Below, piece after piece: positions 41,075 through 52,855 of a DNA stretch of 64,000 nt. Origin of the DNA: Bacteroidota bacterium (GTDB lineage: Bacteria; Bacteroidota; Bacteroidia; Bacteroidales; JAIOZK01). The stretch lies in assembly GCA_034521425.1 (NCBI GenBank), contig JAXHMP010000001.1, forward strand, positions 2,779,182 through 2,843,181, written 5' to 3'. The first letter of the stretch is position 1. Every line of letters begins with the position of its first letter. Both the position numbers and the translations under genes were made by a program. Under the pieces are notes generated by a model, which did not search any database, was not told the origin of the DNA, and saw nothing but the letters and a program-made list of their open reading frames with translations.

Positions 41075-41515
41075 ATCCCAATGCAGATGGTTTTATGTAC
41101 CTGGGTCGCCATTATCGACCTTTATAGCCGCTTTGCGGCAGCCGGTGCATCCAATTTGCTTTAAAATAGATTTTTGTATAGATGCTGAAAAACAGGCCAT
41201 CAAATTAATATGGGAAGCCTGATATTTTCAACACCGATCAAGGGTTCAATTTACCTGTGAGGAATTCATTGAAGTGCTTAAAAAGAATGAGATCCAGATC
41301 AGATGGATGGTAAGGGCCGGGCAATAGATAAAGTATTTCATTGAATGATTATGGCGCAGTGTAAAATATAAAGACGTATATTTACATGCCTATAAAGATG
41401 GCTTGGATTTATACCAGGTATGAAAAAGTACTTTGGCTTTTACAACTATCACCGGGTTTCACCAGGGAATTGATTACCTGATTCCGGAAGAACTGCTCCA
41501 GAAAGCGGCTTGAGT
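41075..41515 (+). mobile_element. IS3-family transposase (OrfB, rve) C-terminal remnant
   Basis: ..IFNTDQG(S)QFTCEEFIEVLKKNEIQIS(M)DGKGRAID..YKDGLDLYQ..FYNYHR.HQGIDY.. with frameshifts. Confidence 0.65.
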
Positions 41516-41791
41516 TATGAACATATTAACAGATATGAACAAAGAAAAGTAATAAGCAAAACAAGAAAAGGCTTCATCCGAGAATAACTCTTTGAGTTAT
41601 TTCCCGTCTAAAGCCCGTTAAACAACAACTGTCTTTAACTTTCCTGTTCTAAGAAAAGGGAGTACTATATACTATACATCAGTCCAGAATGTATAACAGG
41701 AGGTACACCGCTGGAAGCTTATTGCAGAAAATAAATTAGAATATTTGTTTAGAATGTTGAATTAGAACTTGATGAAAAATTTAAATTAAGA

Positions 41792-42535
41792 ATGCAATCC
41801 ATAGCTGTTTTTAACGAAATGTCAATAGAGTAGCCACTTCTATTAAGTGCCTGGATCATTGATTTAAAGCCGACATGCCTAGGATTTTTCACTTGATGTA
41901 TTCCTTGTAGATGACAATCCGCCTGACAATACTGGAAAGAGAATTAATGTAGATATCCCCAAATAAATGTAATTAAAGGAGCCGGTAATTTATATTGGAG
42001 TGGAGGTATGAGGTTAGCTTGGAGTCAGGCTATTATCAATAAGCCGTACGATTTTTATTTATGGTTAAATGATGATACCTTTATTAAGAAGAATGCAATA
42101 ATTCAAATGTTTAAAGACTATAATTACTTAGGTAAAGCTTGTATTTTAACTGGATCGTGTTGTTTGCCAAGTAAATAAGTTTTCATATGGTGGCAAAACG
42201 AATACGGGACCTGTTTTACCAGATGGAAAACCAAACAAATGTGAAGTTATTAATGGTAATTTGTACCGAATTCTGAAACAAGTATATCAATACGTTGGTA
42301 ATATTTCGTCAATTTTTACTCATTCTTTAGGTGATTATGATTATGCCATGAAGCTCAAAATCCTGTCTTTTCTTTCTTTTACTACTTCCTATTATGTTGC
42401 TGAGTGCAATATTAATCCCACTCCAGCATGGAGGAATACGAAAATTCCATTAAAAGAAAGACTGAATCAGTTACATAACCCTAATGGATTACTATTAAGC
42501 GAATTACTATTATACATGAAAACAGATCCATAAAG
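41792..42535 (+). pseudogene. Glycosyltransferase family 2 (second, diverged 5' end + body), decayed
   Basis: ..VFLVDDN(S/P)PDNTGKR.., ..GNLYWSGGMRLAW.., ..WLNDDT.. (DxD region), ..GDYDYAMK.. Confidence 0.6.
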
Positions 42536-42640
42536 GTAAAATAGCTGGGCAAGGGAAAGTACATGGTTTCTTATATATTTTCGAGTTTTATTTCCAAATA
42601 CATTTTCAATAATTAAAAATAAATTAACTAATTTAAAATA

Positions 42641-43891
42641 ATGCTATTACTACAAAGTTCAGCTTTTAATAAAAATAGTAGTAAATCAAGAATAGCTGTT
42701 TTCTCATTTTACAGTATATTGTCAATCTCTATACCCAGCAGAGTGCTATTCGGATACTCAAAGGAACTTACCTCCTTACTCATCCTAATTATTATATTAC
42801 TCACATATTACTATATATACAATAATCAAACATTAAATCAAGTATGCTCATATTATTAATGCTGATATCAATAATTATGGGATATTTAAACAGTTTGAAT
42901 TGGGATGGATTAAATTTTATAGAAAAAATAAAAATAAATATTTTATGGCCAAGTATTCATTACCTCTATATTTCTACTGTCAATTACTAAGCAAGAAAGA
43001 TATAATAATATATGTAAGATTCTTTTTCCCATTTATTATGCTTGTTTTAGTCATTGGGGCATGGGTGGCATTTTTTATCATAGAGCATTAGGTGGGTCAC
43101 CAACTTTTCTCGCTTTTAAAGGTGATAGTAGCACTGCTTACTATTTTTTTCGTAAGTAGTTTTGTTAAATATTATTGGGGGCAATTATATATCAGACCAA
43201 GTGCAAATATTTGATGAACCTGGTACATTCTCCTTTATCATATGTTTTATTGCATTAGTGAGACATTTGTTAAACATGGATAAAAAGTTGACATGGATTC
43301 TTTTAGAGCTTAGGATTTATAACATTTTCATTAGCACATTTAATTTATTCAATTTTTCATTTGCTAAGTGAAAAACGCAGAAATATTATTGCTACTTCGA
43401 TTGCTATTCTATCTCTATATTTGTCCTGGTTAGTATTTTTGAAAATAAACTTTATTATGGATTTAATGATTTGCTTTTCCATAGGTTTGAGCAAAAACAA
43501 GGGAAAAAAATAAACTATTAATTTCTGGGGATAATCGAAGTCTGACCTCCCGTTATTGCGGCTAATAATGTAAGTTTTAATTCAATAATTTATGGTAAAA
43601 AATTGGATTTGCGCTATAAATAAACCAGCATGCAACGCTAAATATGGGAATATGGGAGAGTATCCTCTTTGGCCTATTGTAAGTAAAGGAATACTTGTAT
43701 CATGGCCATACTACTTTTTTCTATCTCTAATTTTTTTCCTAGGAATAAAATCAAAGAAAAATATTGTATTTATTGGTTTTATGGCTTTATTAATACAGAG
43801 GCCATATATACTGGACTTGGGTTATTCATTTATGTCCATTCTCCCCCTTTACTATTATTATAATGAAAATGTTAAAAGACTAAGCTCTTGA
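42641..43891 (+). pseudogene. O-antigen polymerase (Wzy)-like membrane protein, decayed
   Basis: A series of hydrophobic ORF fragments in different frames. The call rests on position and composition only. Confidence 0.35.
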
Positions 43892-44017
43892 AAACGTTAA
43901 TTAAAACTCTAACTTAATAATTATTCTAATTGTAAATTTAATACTACATTAATAATTTGGTTATTTAAATTACAAATTTTTAATTTAAAAATAATTTTTT
44001 TTAAACATTTAATATTA

Positions 44018-44935
44018 ATGAGTTTAAACATAATTATACCAACACATAATAGAACGAATGAACTAGAAAATGCATTAAACAGCTTGAATAATCAAACTCG
44101 AGCTTCCTATACTGAGGTTATTATTGTTGATGATGGATCTACCAAACCTGTAGCGGAGGACGTTTTGGTAAAAACGTTTCAAAAACTAAAGTTAAAAGTG
44201 ATCAGAAATGATAAACCACTTGGAGCAAATAATGCAAGAAATCAAGGAATTTTAGAGGCAAAAAGTGATTGGATTGCTTTCCCTGATGATGATGATGAAC
44301 TAATCAAGAATACAGAGTACAAAGAATAAATTCAATCATTAAAGAAAAAAGGAAATTTATTAGATGTGATTTATCATCCTGCGGAATATAATATGGTTAA
44401 TGAGAATATAACTTATTATACAAAACCAAGGCAAATAAATAACAATAAAAACACTTTTAAACAGCTGCTAAACAAAAACTATATTGGTGCATCATCAATG
44501 GTTATTGTAAAAAAATCAAAACTTTTAAAAGTTAAATCTTTTGATGACAATTCACCTGCAGTTCAGGATTATGGGGCTTTGGCTTAGACTGGCCGAAAAC
44601 AAAGCTTATTTTTATTTTGTTAATGAGACTCTTTTTCAAGGTATAACTGCATCACAAATAAAAATAGTATTTCAAAATACAGTTAATAAAATGACTTCGG
44701 CAATGGAGTAGATAGAGAATAAGTATAAGGATAGACTTTTTAAGCTTAACAAGAAAGAAAGAAAGAATTGGGAGCAGTTAAAAATGGAATGATAATTCAT
44801 AAAGCTTATTTAAATAATAAAATTTCCCTAGCTATTAAACTTAATTTGATATCATTTATACGATTTAAAAAAGTCAAATATCTATTTGCTGCTATCGTTT
44901 CGGTGTTTCGGAAAATAGACTAATCTTTTATACTA
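44018..44935 (+). pseudogene. Glycosyltransferase family 2, decayed
   Basis: MSLNIIIPTHNRTNELENALNSLNNQT..VIIVDDGS.., ..FPDDDDEL.. (DxD), then frameshifts. Confidence 0.65.
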
Positions 44936-44969
44936 AGGAAGGATTTTTGGAATACCGAGATAATTGTTT

Positions 44970-46197
44970 TGAATGGACTCTCCCCGCCGCAGAGCCGCGG
45001 GGTATTTTAAATGGAATATTTAGAAAGCACTCTCAGGGCGGGGAATTAACTTTTGTCCGTGTGCCTCAGGCGGATTAAAACAGGCAGAGACGGGAACAAA
45101 AATTTGAAGAGGTCTGCAGGAAAATGGGAGTTCGCGAGGCAACGTTTTACAACTGGAAGAAAAGATATGGTGGTAAAGGTGTGTCTGAACTAAGAAAATT
45201 AAAGCAACTGGAGGAAGAAAACTTCAAGTTAAAACAGATTGTAGGAGATTTGACCCTGGACAAGCATATGCTACAGGATGTGATCAAAAAAAGCTCTGAA
45301 GGCCGGCTCAGCGCGAAGAGTTTAGCAGAAGATACTTATGGAAAGTTATAGAGCTTCGGTACGCAGATGTCGCAGAATGGCAATGTTATCCCATTCTGTA
45401 TGGTATTATAAGTCAGTCAGCCAAGGATGATTCTATATTGCGAATGAGGATCAGGGAAATAGCAAATATTGAGGATCCGTTATGGATTCTGGCGGATATT
45501 TATCCTACTCCTTCGAAGAGAAAGGGCTGGCGTGATAACCGTAAACGAGTTTGCAGGCTTTATAAGGAAGAAGGTTTAAACCTAAGAAACAAACGGCCCC
45601 GCAGGAATAAATCTGCTGCACATCCGAATGGAAAGACCAGCAGATTTCTTATATTCATCAATGTTGGAGCATGGATTTTGTGTGTGATCCAGCTTTTTGC
45701 GATGGTAGCCGGTTCCGTGCCTTACTATCAGTGGGATACTCTTCTGTGGAAAATGCCTGGCCATTTTCCCTGGAAAGTCCATCCCGGGGACAAGATGTTG
45801 TTGAAGTTATTAATGAGGTAGTTCAAAAAGAAAACACATTACCTGAAAGAAATCCAGAGTAGGTGATGGGAGCGAGTTTATTTCCAAAGCCTTAGACAAA
45901 TGGGCTTATGATAATAAAGTAACATTGAATTTCGTCAAGAACCATGAAAGCCAACAGATAATCCATATATTGAATCGTTTAATGAAAGTTTCCGGGATGA
46001 GTGTTTAAATACAAATTGGTTTCTATCTTTGTTGGTCGCAAGAGAAAAAATTGAACTATGGAGGAAGGAATATAATGAGTTCCGACCTCATAGTTCTTTA
46101 AATTATCTAACACCTTCTCAGGTGCATGAAAATATGAAAAGATCAGTTCCGATTTCTCTACTTTGACACTTCTGTCGGTTGATGGGAGGAGGTCACA
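44970..46197 (+). mobile_element. IS3-family insertion sequence, decayed
   Basis: IRL TGAATGGACTCTCCCC. OrfA ..ATFYNWKKRYGG..LEEENFKLKQIV.. with an A7 slippery run near 45287. OrfB ..DNPYIESFN(G)[18 protein letters not shown].. is fragmented. The right end is approximate. Confidence 0.7.
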
Positions 46198-46259
46198 GCT
46201 TCTGCCAATATTAAAGTGTAGTTGCGTTGGTATTGGAATGGATTACATATATTTGTTAC

Positions 46260-47490
46260 TTTGCAATTCAAAATAGCATATTAATAATGAGAGCAATATT
46301 TTTCGACTCCCAGCGCAACTATGCTTGCCAAAAATCATTTGCCGATATCGCGGATATGTTTTTAAGTAAAATTAAGGATTTTGAAGCAATTTTTATTTCA
46401 GCAGAGGTTTCAAGCAATTTAGACAAAGGATGTTGAAAGGAAATCGCAGCATAAAAATTGTTGCGAATACGTCGTACACCTTTATGGAACTAAATACCTT
46501 CGATAGAAAACAAATTGAAAAAATAATTAGTAAATCAAACCGGATTCTTTTTTTATTTTTAGGTGCATATAGATTTTATGATCAGCTTTGGACGGCAATT
46601 TCAAAAAATAACAATATAAAGGTTTATAAGCTTCAACATGGTTTTGAGATTGACTCTGTGTTTTATAAACCACTTGCTGTGATATCAAAACTTATTAAGA
46701 GTACACGGCTAATATTTGCTGCATATAACCTTGCAAAAGGTGACAAAATCCAATGTTACATTAGATCCTGGTCTGCCGAATACTCTTCAGATACATGTTT
46801 AAAGGAACAAGACTTAAAGATACTTTATTGGACAACCATCTTGCTCATCCTTCTAAAACTTTTGTATATTACAAAATACTATATCGAATTCTGGCACAAT
46901 AAATTCGGAATAGATAAGTCTTCGATGTCGATAATCACACCTCAAGATTTTTTATTAATTAGTGACGCGTTGAAAAAGGAAAAAATATCGATGGTTGCTG
47001 TTATTTATCTCGAGACTTTGGTTGAAGACAGAAGAATGTCAGTTAACGATTTTAATAAAATGCTTGATGGTTATGAAAATCTCAGTAAAAGCTGTAAATA
47101 AATTTATTTTATCAAATCGCATCGTCGTGCTAATGCAATTCACTATCGACGTTTTCTAGAATATGAAAATGTAGAAATAACCCGAGAGCTCCCAAACTGT
47201 AAATATTATCTAACACACTATTCATCAATGAGATATGCTGCTGCTTTTTTTTCTAATATATTAATTATTCATGGACTTGATGGACACCCTACTCATGAAA
47301 TATTTGAATCACTGTTGCATCTGATATTGTTCATGATACAAACGATATAGTAAGAATACCTTGAGAGAAAACAAGATGTAGTGATACCTCCTTTTGAAGA
47401 ATTAAAGAAAAAGATTGAATATTTTGCAAGCTTTAAGAATAATCAACCATACAATATTATATATCAGAAAATTATTGCTGATTTAAATTA
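46260..47490 (+). pseudogene. Hypothetical glycan-locus protein(s), partly decayed
   Basis: ORF 46430-47101 (223 aa) plus broken extensions. No family recognised. Confidence 0.25.
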
Positions 47491-47641
47491 GTCCTAGATA
47501 TTTTCATGTGTCTCTATACGAAAACTTAAATTACAAATCAAAGAACGTATTGATCTTTTATTGTTCGTATTATGCTTTCAGAAAAATTAGTGTTGCTTTT
47601 TTCGCATCGCGACTATTTTTAATTTATACAAATTAACATCA

Positions 47642-47781
47642 ATGAATAAGATTGCACTAATTACAGGAATAACCGGTCAGGACGGCGCCTACCTAGCCGA
47701 ATACCTGATCAAAAAAGGATACATTGTCCATGGGATCAAAAAGAAGAGCTTCCCTGTTCAGATACCGACAGGATGGATCAT
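47642..47781 (+). pseudogene. gmd: GDP-mannose 4,6-dehydratase 5' fragment, copy 1 (most diverged)
   Basis: [34 protein letters not shown].. breaks at ..ggatcat|gaggtaacgaagc. Confidence 0.85.
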
Positions 47782-48419
47782 GAGGTAACGAAGCTATGAG
47801 AGGTGAGAGGTGAGAGGTGAGAAGTGAGAGGTGAGAGGTGAGAGGTGAGAAGTGAGAGGTGAGAGGTGAGAGGGTGAGAGGTGAGCCTGCTAACTTCATA
47901 ATTTAAAGTACTAACACCATGAGTCAACTTGGAGATAGCGATGAGAGATGAGTGGTGAGAGGTGAGACTGCTAACTTCATAATTTAAAATACTAACACCA
48001 TGAGTTCAAATTGGAGATAGCGATGGAGATGAGGGTGAGAGGTGAGACTGCTAACTTCATAATTTAAAATACTAACACCATGAGTCAGAAATGGAAATAG
48101 CAGTGAGAGATGAGAGGTGAGAGATGAGATTTGAGAGATGAGAGGTGAGAAATGAGCTAGCCAAGTTCAATATGTAAAACATCAACACCATGAGTTAGAA
48201 TGGAAATAGCGGTGAGAGATGAGCGGTGAGAGATGAGATCTAGACTAAGCGTGCAGATAGATATAAACATCAAACCGCCCCTGTCCGAATACGAGAGATG
48301 AGAGGTGAGAATGATTGAAGATGAGCTCACGAGAGAATGCAGTAAGTGACCGACATATGTCAAACTCTCATTCTGCCAGTTTCACCACTCATGAAAGATC
48401 GCTCATAACTTAAAAAACC
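47782..48419. repeat. GAGAGGT STR interleaved with ~60-bp core units that each contain the four-helix-bundle gene start
   Basis: Four units of ..ctgctaacttcataatttaaaatactaacaccATGAGTCAGAA..ggaaatagcg + (gagaggt/gagagat)n. Confidence 0.85.
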
Positions 48420-48794
48420 ATGAGTCAGATTAACAGTTTTAGGGATTTGATTGTATTTAAAAAAGCCTATGAAGTCGGAATGGAAATTTTTGAGATAACA
48501 AAGAACTTTCCCAAGGAAGAAAAGTATTCGCTTACAGATCAGATTCGAAGGTCTTCAAGATCTGTCACATCAAACATAGCCGAAGCCTGGGCTAAAAGGA
48601 TATATGTCAAATCTTTTGTCAGCAAGCTGAGTGATTCACTCGGCGAGAGAATACGAATCAGAGGTCTGGTTGGACTATTCCAGAGATTGCCGATCATTAA
48701 TACAGAAACCTACAATTCACTGATAAACAAATACAACGAAGTCAGGAAAATGCTAATCGCAATGATCAATAGTCCAGAAAAATTCTGCAAGTGA
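48420..48794 (+). CDS. Four-helix-bundle protein (IVS-protein family) with a compensated double frameshift
   Basis: 124 aa, about 90% identical to 50555-50929. The exception is 17 codons (ERIRIRGLVGLFQRLPII versus EEYESEVWLDYSRDCQYI) caused by +1 (near 48647) and -1 (near 48692) indels. Possibly non-functional. Confidence 0.65.
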   Translation: MSQINSFRDLIVFKKAYEVGMEIFEITKNFPKEEKYSLTDQIRRSSRSVTSNIAEAWAKRIYVKSFVSKLSDSLGERIRIRGLVGLFQRLPIINTETYNSLINKYNEVRKMLIAMINSPEKFCK

Positions 48795-48822
48795 GTACAT
48801 CTTAAAAATAAACGACCCCCTA

Positions 48823-48868
48823 ACTCACTACTCACCTCTCACTACTCATCTCTCATCTCTCAAATCTC
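48823..48868. repeat. Inverted STR (CTCACYW / ACCTCTC)
   Basis: Complement orientation of the GAGAGGT family, immediately 3' of the ORF. Confidence 0.85.
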
Positions 48869-49100
48869 AATAACCTCAAACATTGCTGAAGCCTGGGCGA
48901 AGAAAATATATGTCAAATCTTTTGTCAGCAAGCTGAGCGATTCACTCGGCGAGGAATACGAATCAGAAGTCTGGCTGGACTATTCCAGAGATTGCCAATA
49001 CATTAATACAGAAACCTACAATTCACTGATAAACAAATACAACGAAGTCAGAAAAATGCTAATCGCCATGATGAACAACCCAGAAAAGTTCTGCAAATAG
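48869..49100 (+). pseudogene. Four-helix-bundle gene, 3' two-thirds fragment
   Basis: ..SNIAEAWAKKIYVKSFVSKLSDSLGEEYESEVWLDYSRDCQYINTETYNSLINKYNEVRKMLIAMMNNPEKFCK* has no 5' end. Confidence 0.8.
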
Positions 49101-49104
49101 CAAA

Positions 49105-49158
49105 ACTCACCTCTCATCTCTCATCTCTCATCGCTCACCTCTCACCGCTCACCGCTCA
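49105..49158. repeat. Inverted STR (CTCAYCK)
   Basis: ctcacctctcatctctcatctctcatcgctcacctctcaccgctcaccgctc. Confidence 0.85.
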
Positions 49159-49232
49159 AATCTTTTCATCATTGTCCAAAAATATGTACATTTGATATTA
49201 CGTTAGTTCAGAAGTAAATAAAGCCGATAATA

Positions 49233-49460
49233 ATGGAAACACTAAGGATACATCCCGAAAATAATGAACAAATGAAGGCAATTAAAGCTGTGTTGAAAGC
49301 TTTAAAAATTCCATACGACGAAAAAGAAAGTCCGTATAATCCCGAATTTGTTAAAAAGCTTTACGATGCCGAGAAAGACAGCAAGGGTGCTTCAGTCCTG
49401 AACAGCGATGAGGATATAGACAATTATTTCAAGAATCTTGAAAGTGATGTACAAGATTGA
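49233..49460 (+). CDS. Antitoxin partner of YoeB-like toxin
   Basis: 75 aa, overlaps the toxin gene. The family is not firmly recognised. Confidence 0.55.
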   Translation: METLRIHPENNEQMKAIKAVLKALKIPYDEKESPYNPEFVKKLYDAEKDSKGASVLNSDEDIDNYFKNLESDVQD

Positions 49461-49713
49461 GGTTTTACCACAAGCTGATAAGGATATACGATCTTATCAA
49501 AAGGCTGGAAACAAAGCTGCATTTAAAAAAATTCAGGATATATTCAAAGAACTCAGGAATCATCCTACCTCAGGAATAGGGAAACCGGAGCAACTTAAAT
49601 ATGAACTCACAGGATACTGGAGCCGACGGATTGATAAAAAGAACAGAATGATCTATAGAATTGAAAAAGAAAGGGATGCCGTAGTAGTAGTTTCGGCCTC
49701 AGGACACTATTAG
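49447..49713 (+). CDS. Txe/YoeB-family toxin
   Basis: ..HPTSGIGKPEQLKYELTGYWSRRIDKKNRMIYRIE..VVVVSASGHY* is the YoeB signature. ATG at 49447 is preferred over the ORF-track TTG at 49438. Confidence 0.8.
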   Translation: MYKIEVLPQADKDIRSYQKAGNKAAFKKIQDIFKELRNHPTSGIGKPEQLKYELTGYWSRRIDKKNRMIYRIEKERDAVVVVSASGHY

Positions 49714-49760
49714 AAAATGCTAATATACATGAGCAACAACCCAAACAACTTCTGCAAATA
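49714..49760 (+). pseudogene. Last ~15 codons of another four-helix-bundle gene
   Basis: KMLIYMSNNPNNFCK* versus [15 protein letters not shown]. This suggests the TA pair displaced most of that gene. Confidence 0.6.
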
Positions 49761-49823
49761 GCAATCCTTTTTCCCTTTTCCCTTTTCCTTTCTCCCTACT
49801 TTGCTTTTAAAAAAGAAAATTAA

Positions 49824-50554
<731 letters not shown>

Positions 50555-50929
50555 ATGAGTCAGATTAATAGTTTTAGGGATTTGATTGTATTTAAAAAAG
50601 CCTATGAAGTCGGAATGGAAATTTTTGAAATAACCAAACATTTTCCAAAAGAAGAAAAATATTCGTTAACCGATCAAATTCGAAGATCATCCAGATCAGT
50701 AAGCTCAAACATAGCCGAAGCTTGGGCCAAAAGGATTTATGTCAAATCTTTTGTCAGCAAGCTGAGTGATTCACTCGGCGAAGAATACGAATCAGAGGTC
50801 TGGCTGGACTATTCCAGAGATTGCCAATATATTAATACCGATACCTACAATTCATTGATAAACAAATATGACGAAGTCAGAAAAATGCTAATCGCTATGA
50901 TCAATAGTCCAGAAAAATTCTGCAAGTAA
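50555..50929 (+). CDS. Four-helix-bundle protein (23S rRNA IVS protein family)
   Basis: Intact 124 aa: FRDLIVFKKAYEVGMEIFEITKHFPKEEKYSLTDQIRRSSRSVSSNIAEAWAKR.. Confidence 0.85.
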   Translation: MSQINSFRDLIVFKKAYEVGMEIFEITKHFPKEEKYSLTDQIRRSSRSVSSNIAEAWAKRIYVKSFVSKLSDSLGEEYESEVWLDYSRDCQYINTDTYNSLINKYDEVRKMLIAMINSPEKFCK

Positions 50930-50956
50930 GAACATCTAAGAACAAACGATCCCCTA

Positions 50957-51073
50957 ACTCATAACTCATCTCTCACCACTCACCACTCACCGCTCACTAC
51001 TCATCTCTCACCTCTCATCTCTCACTACTCACTACTCACTACTCACCGCTCACCTCTCACCGCTCACCTCTCA
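50957..51073. repeat. Inverted STR (CTCAYYR heptamers)
   Basis: ctcataactcatctctcaccactcaccactcaccgctcactactcatctctc... is the complement of the left-arm heptamers. Confidence 0.9.
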
Positions 51074-51138
51074 ATATCTAAAAGCTTTAACTCAATTAAC
51101 AAGATAAACGATATTAACAAAAACACAAACTCAACAAC

Positions 51139-52366
51139 ATGCAAAAAACCGCACTAATAACCGGCATCACCGGCCAGGATGGCGCCTACCTCGCCGAGTA
51201 CCTGATCAAAAAAGGATACATTGTCCATGGGATCAAAAGAAGAGCTTCTCTGTTCAACACAGACAGGATCGACCACCTTTACCAGGATCCACATGTGGAG
51301 GACCGGAACTTCATCCTGCATTACGGCGACATGACCGACAGCATGAACCTCACCCGCATCATACAGGAAGTGCAGCCGGATGAGATCTATAACCTGGCTG
51401 CACAAAGCCATGTAGGCGTGAGTTTTGAAACGGCAGAGTATACGGCCAATGCAGATGGTGTGGGTACGCTCAGGATATTGGAAGCAGTCCGTTTGCTTGA
51501 TTTAACGAAGAAAACCAGGATCTACCAGGCTTCTACTTCCGAGCTCTATGGCATGGTGCAGGAGGTGCCACAAAGCGAGAAAACGCCTTTTTATCCAAGA
51601 TCGCCTTACGGGGTGGCCAAGATGTATGCCTACTGGATCACGGTCAACTACCGGGAGGCCTATGGCATGCATGCCAGCAATGGCATCCTGTTCAATCATG
51701 AGTCGCCCATACGGGGCGAAACCTTCGTCACCCGCAAGATCACCCGGGCCATCGCCAGGATCGCCCTGGGCATGCAGGAAAAGCTCTACCTCGGCAACCT
51801 CTCCGCCCAACGCGACTGGGGCCACGCCAAGGATTATGTCAAAGCCATGTACCTCATCCTCCAGCAAGACGAGCCGGATGATTATGTCATCGCCACCGGC
51901 ATCACCACACCGGTCAGAGACTTTGTGCGGAAAGCCTGTGCAAACCTGGGAATAGAGGTCTCTTTCGGAGAAGGAAAGGAGGAAAAGGGCTACATCACCG
52001 CCATCGATGAAACAACATTCAAAGAAAAAGTCGGGAGCAAGTATCTAGAAAAAATCAGATCCCATATCGCCCCTTCGCCCAGTCGCCCCATCGCCCCATC
52101 GCCCAGTCGCCCCATCGCCCCCTCGCCCCCTCGCCCCCTCGCCCCTTCGCAAGCTATTGTTGCGGTGGATCCACGCGTATTTCCGTCCAACAGAAGTGGA
52201 ACTCCTCATCGGAGACCCGACCAAAGCCAATACCAAACTGGGCTGGAAACCGGAATACGACCTGGATGGCTTGATCAAGGACATGATGCAATCGGATATT
52301 GAGTTGATGAAAAGGGATAGTTATTTGCGGGATGGGGGGTATCGGGTGATGAATTACTTTGAATAG
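51139..52366 (+). pseudogene. gmd: GDP-mannose 4,6-dehydratase, full length but with a repeat insertion and one frameshift
   Basis: Canonical GMD sequence throughout (..[32 protein letters not shown]..). An extra G near 52177 splits ..AVDPR|[17 protein letters not shown].. into two frames. This may be a sequencing error. Confidence 0.85.
52066..52150. repeat. TCGCCCC(N) STR inside gmd, in frame ([27 protein letters not shown])
   Basis: About 11 units. Located in the variable loop just before the conserved ..IVAVDPRYFRP.. segment. Confidence 0.85.
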
Positions 52367-52410
52367 TCGCTAATTATTGCGAATTTTATGCGAATTTATG
52401 CGAAGTTTTT

Positions 52411-52806
52411 ATGGCTGAGATTGTATATAAAGAAGAAAGTTACAGAATCATTGGTGTATGCATGAAGGTTCATAAGACCCTTGGTGAGGAGTTTCTTGAG
52501 GCAGTTTATCAAGAAGCATTGGAAAAAGAGTTCAGGGAGCAGCAAATACCATTTGAGAGTCAGAAAAAGCTATCATTGTTTTATGATGGTCAGCAACTCA
52601 AAAAATATTACAAAGCAGACTTTCTTTGTTTTGATAAAATTATTGTTGAAATAAAGTCAGTGAGTTTTTTGAACAATGATTTCAGAAGGACTTTGTTCAA
52701 CTATCTTAAAGCTACTCAATTAAAACTTGGATTATTGATCAACTTTGGGAATAAATCTCTTGAATATAAACGCATCCTCAATCCAAGCGTCCCCCCTTCG
52801 CATTAA
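52411..52806 (+). CDS. GxxExxY protein (PD-(D/E)xK nuclease-like, TIGR04256-type)
   Basis: ..IGVCMKVHKTLGEEFLEAVYQEALEKEF.. contains the GxxExxY signature, plus ..DFLCFDKIIVEIKS.. Flanked by inverted GCGAATT-type repeats (52368-52405 and 52795-52842). Confidence 0.8.
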   Translation: MAEIVYKEESYRIIGVCMKVHKTLGEEFLEAVYQEALEKEFREQQIPFESQKKLSLFYDGQQLKKYYKADFLCFDKIIVEIKSVSFLNNDFRRTLFNYLKATQLKLGLLINFGNKSLEYKRILNPSVPPSH

Positions 52807-52855
52807 TTCGCCTTAAATTCGCTTTAATTTGTATAAATATTAAAATTACAATATC

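Noticed and set aside
47776-47800. Intron or intein explanation for the interruption of gmd (junction ..GATCAT|GAGGTAACG..)
   Set aside because: The upstream 'exon' is duplicated with each unit rather than present once. An in-frame stop follows 5-6 codons after the junction. No group I/II intron core or intein motifs were recognised. The inserted DNA carries an independent ORF with its own start.
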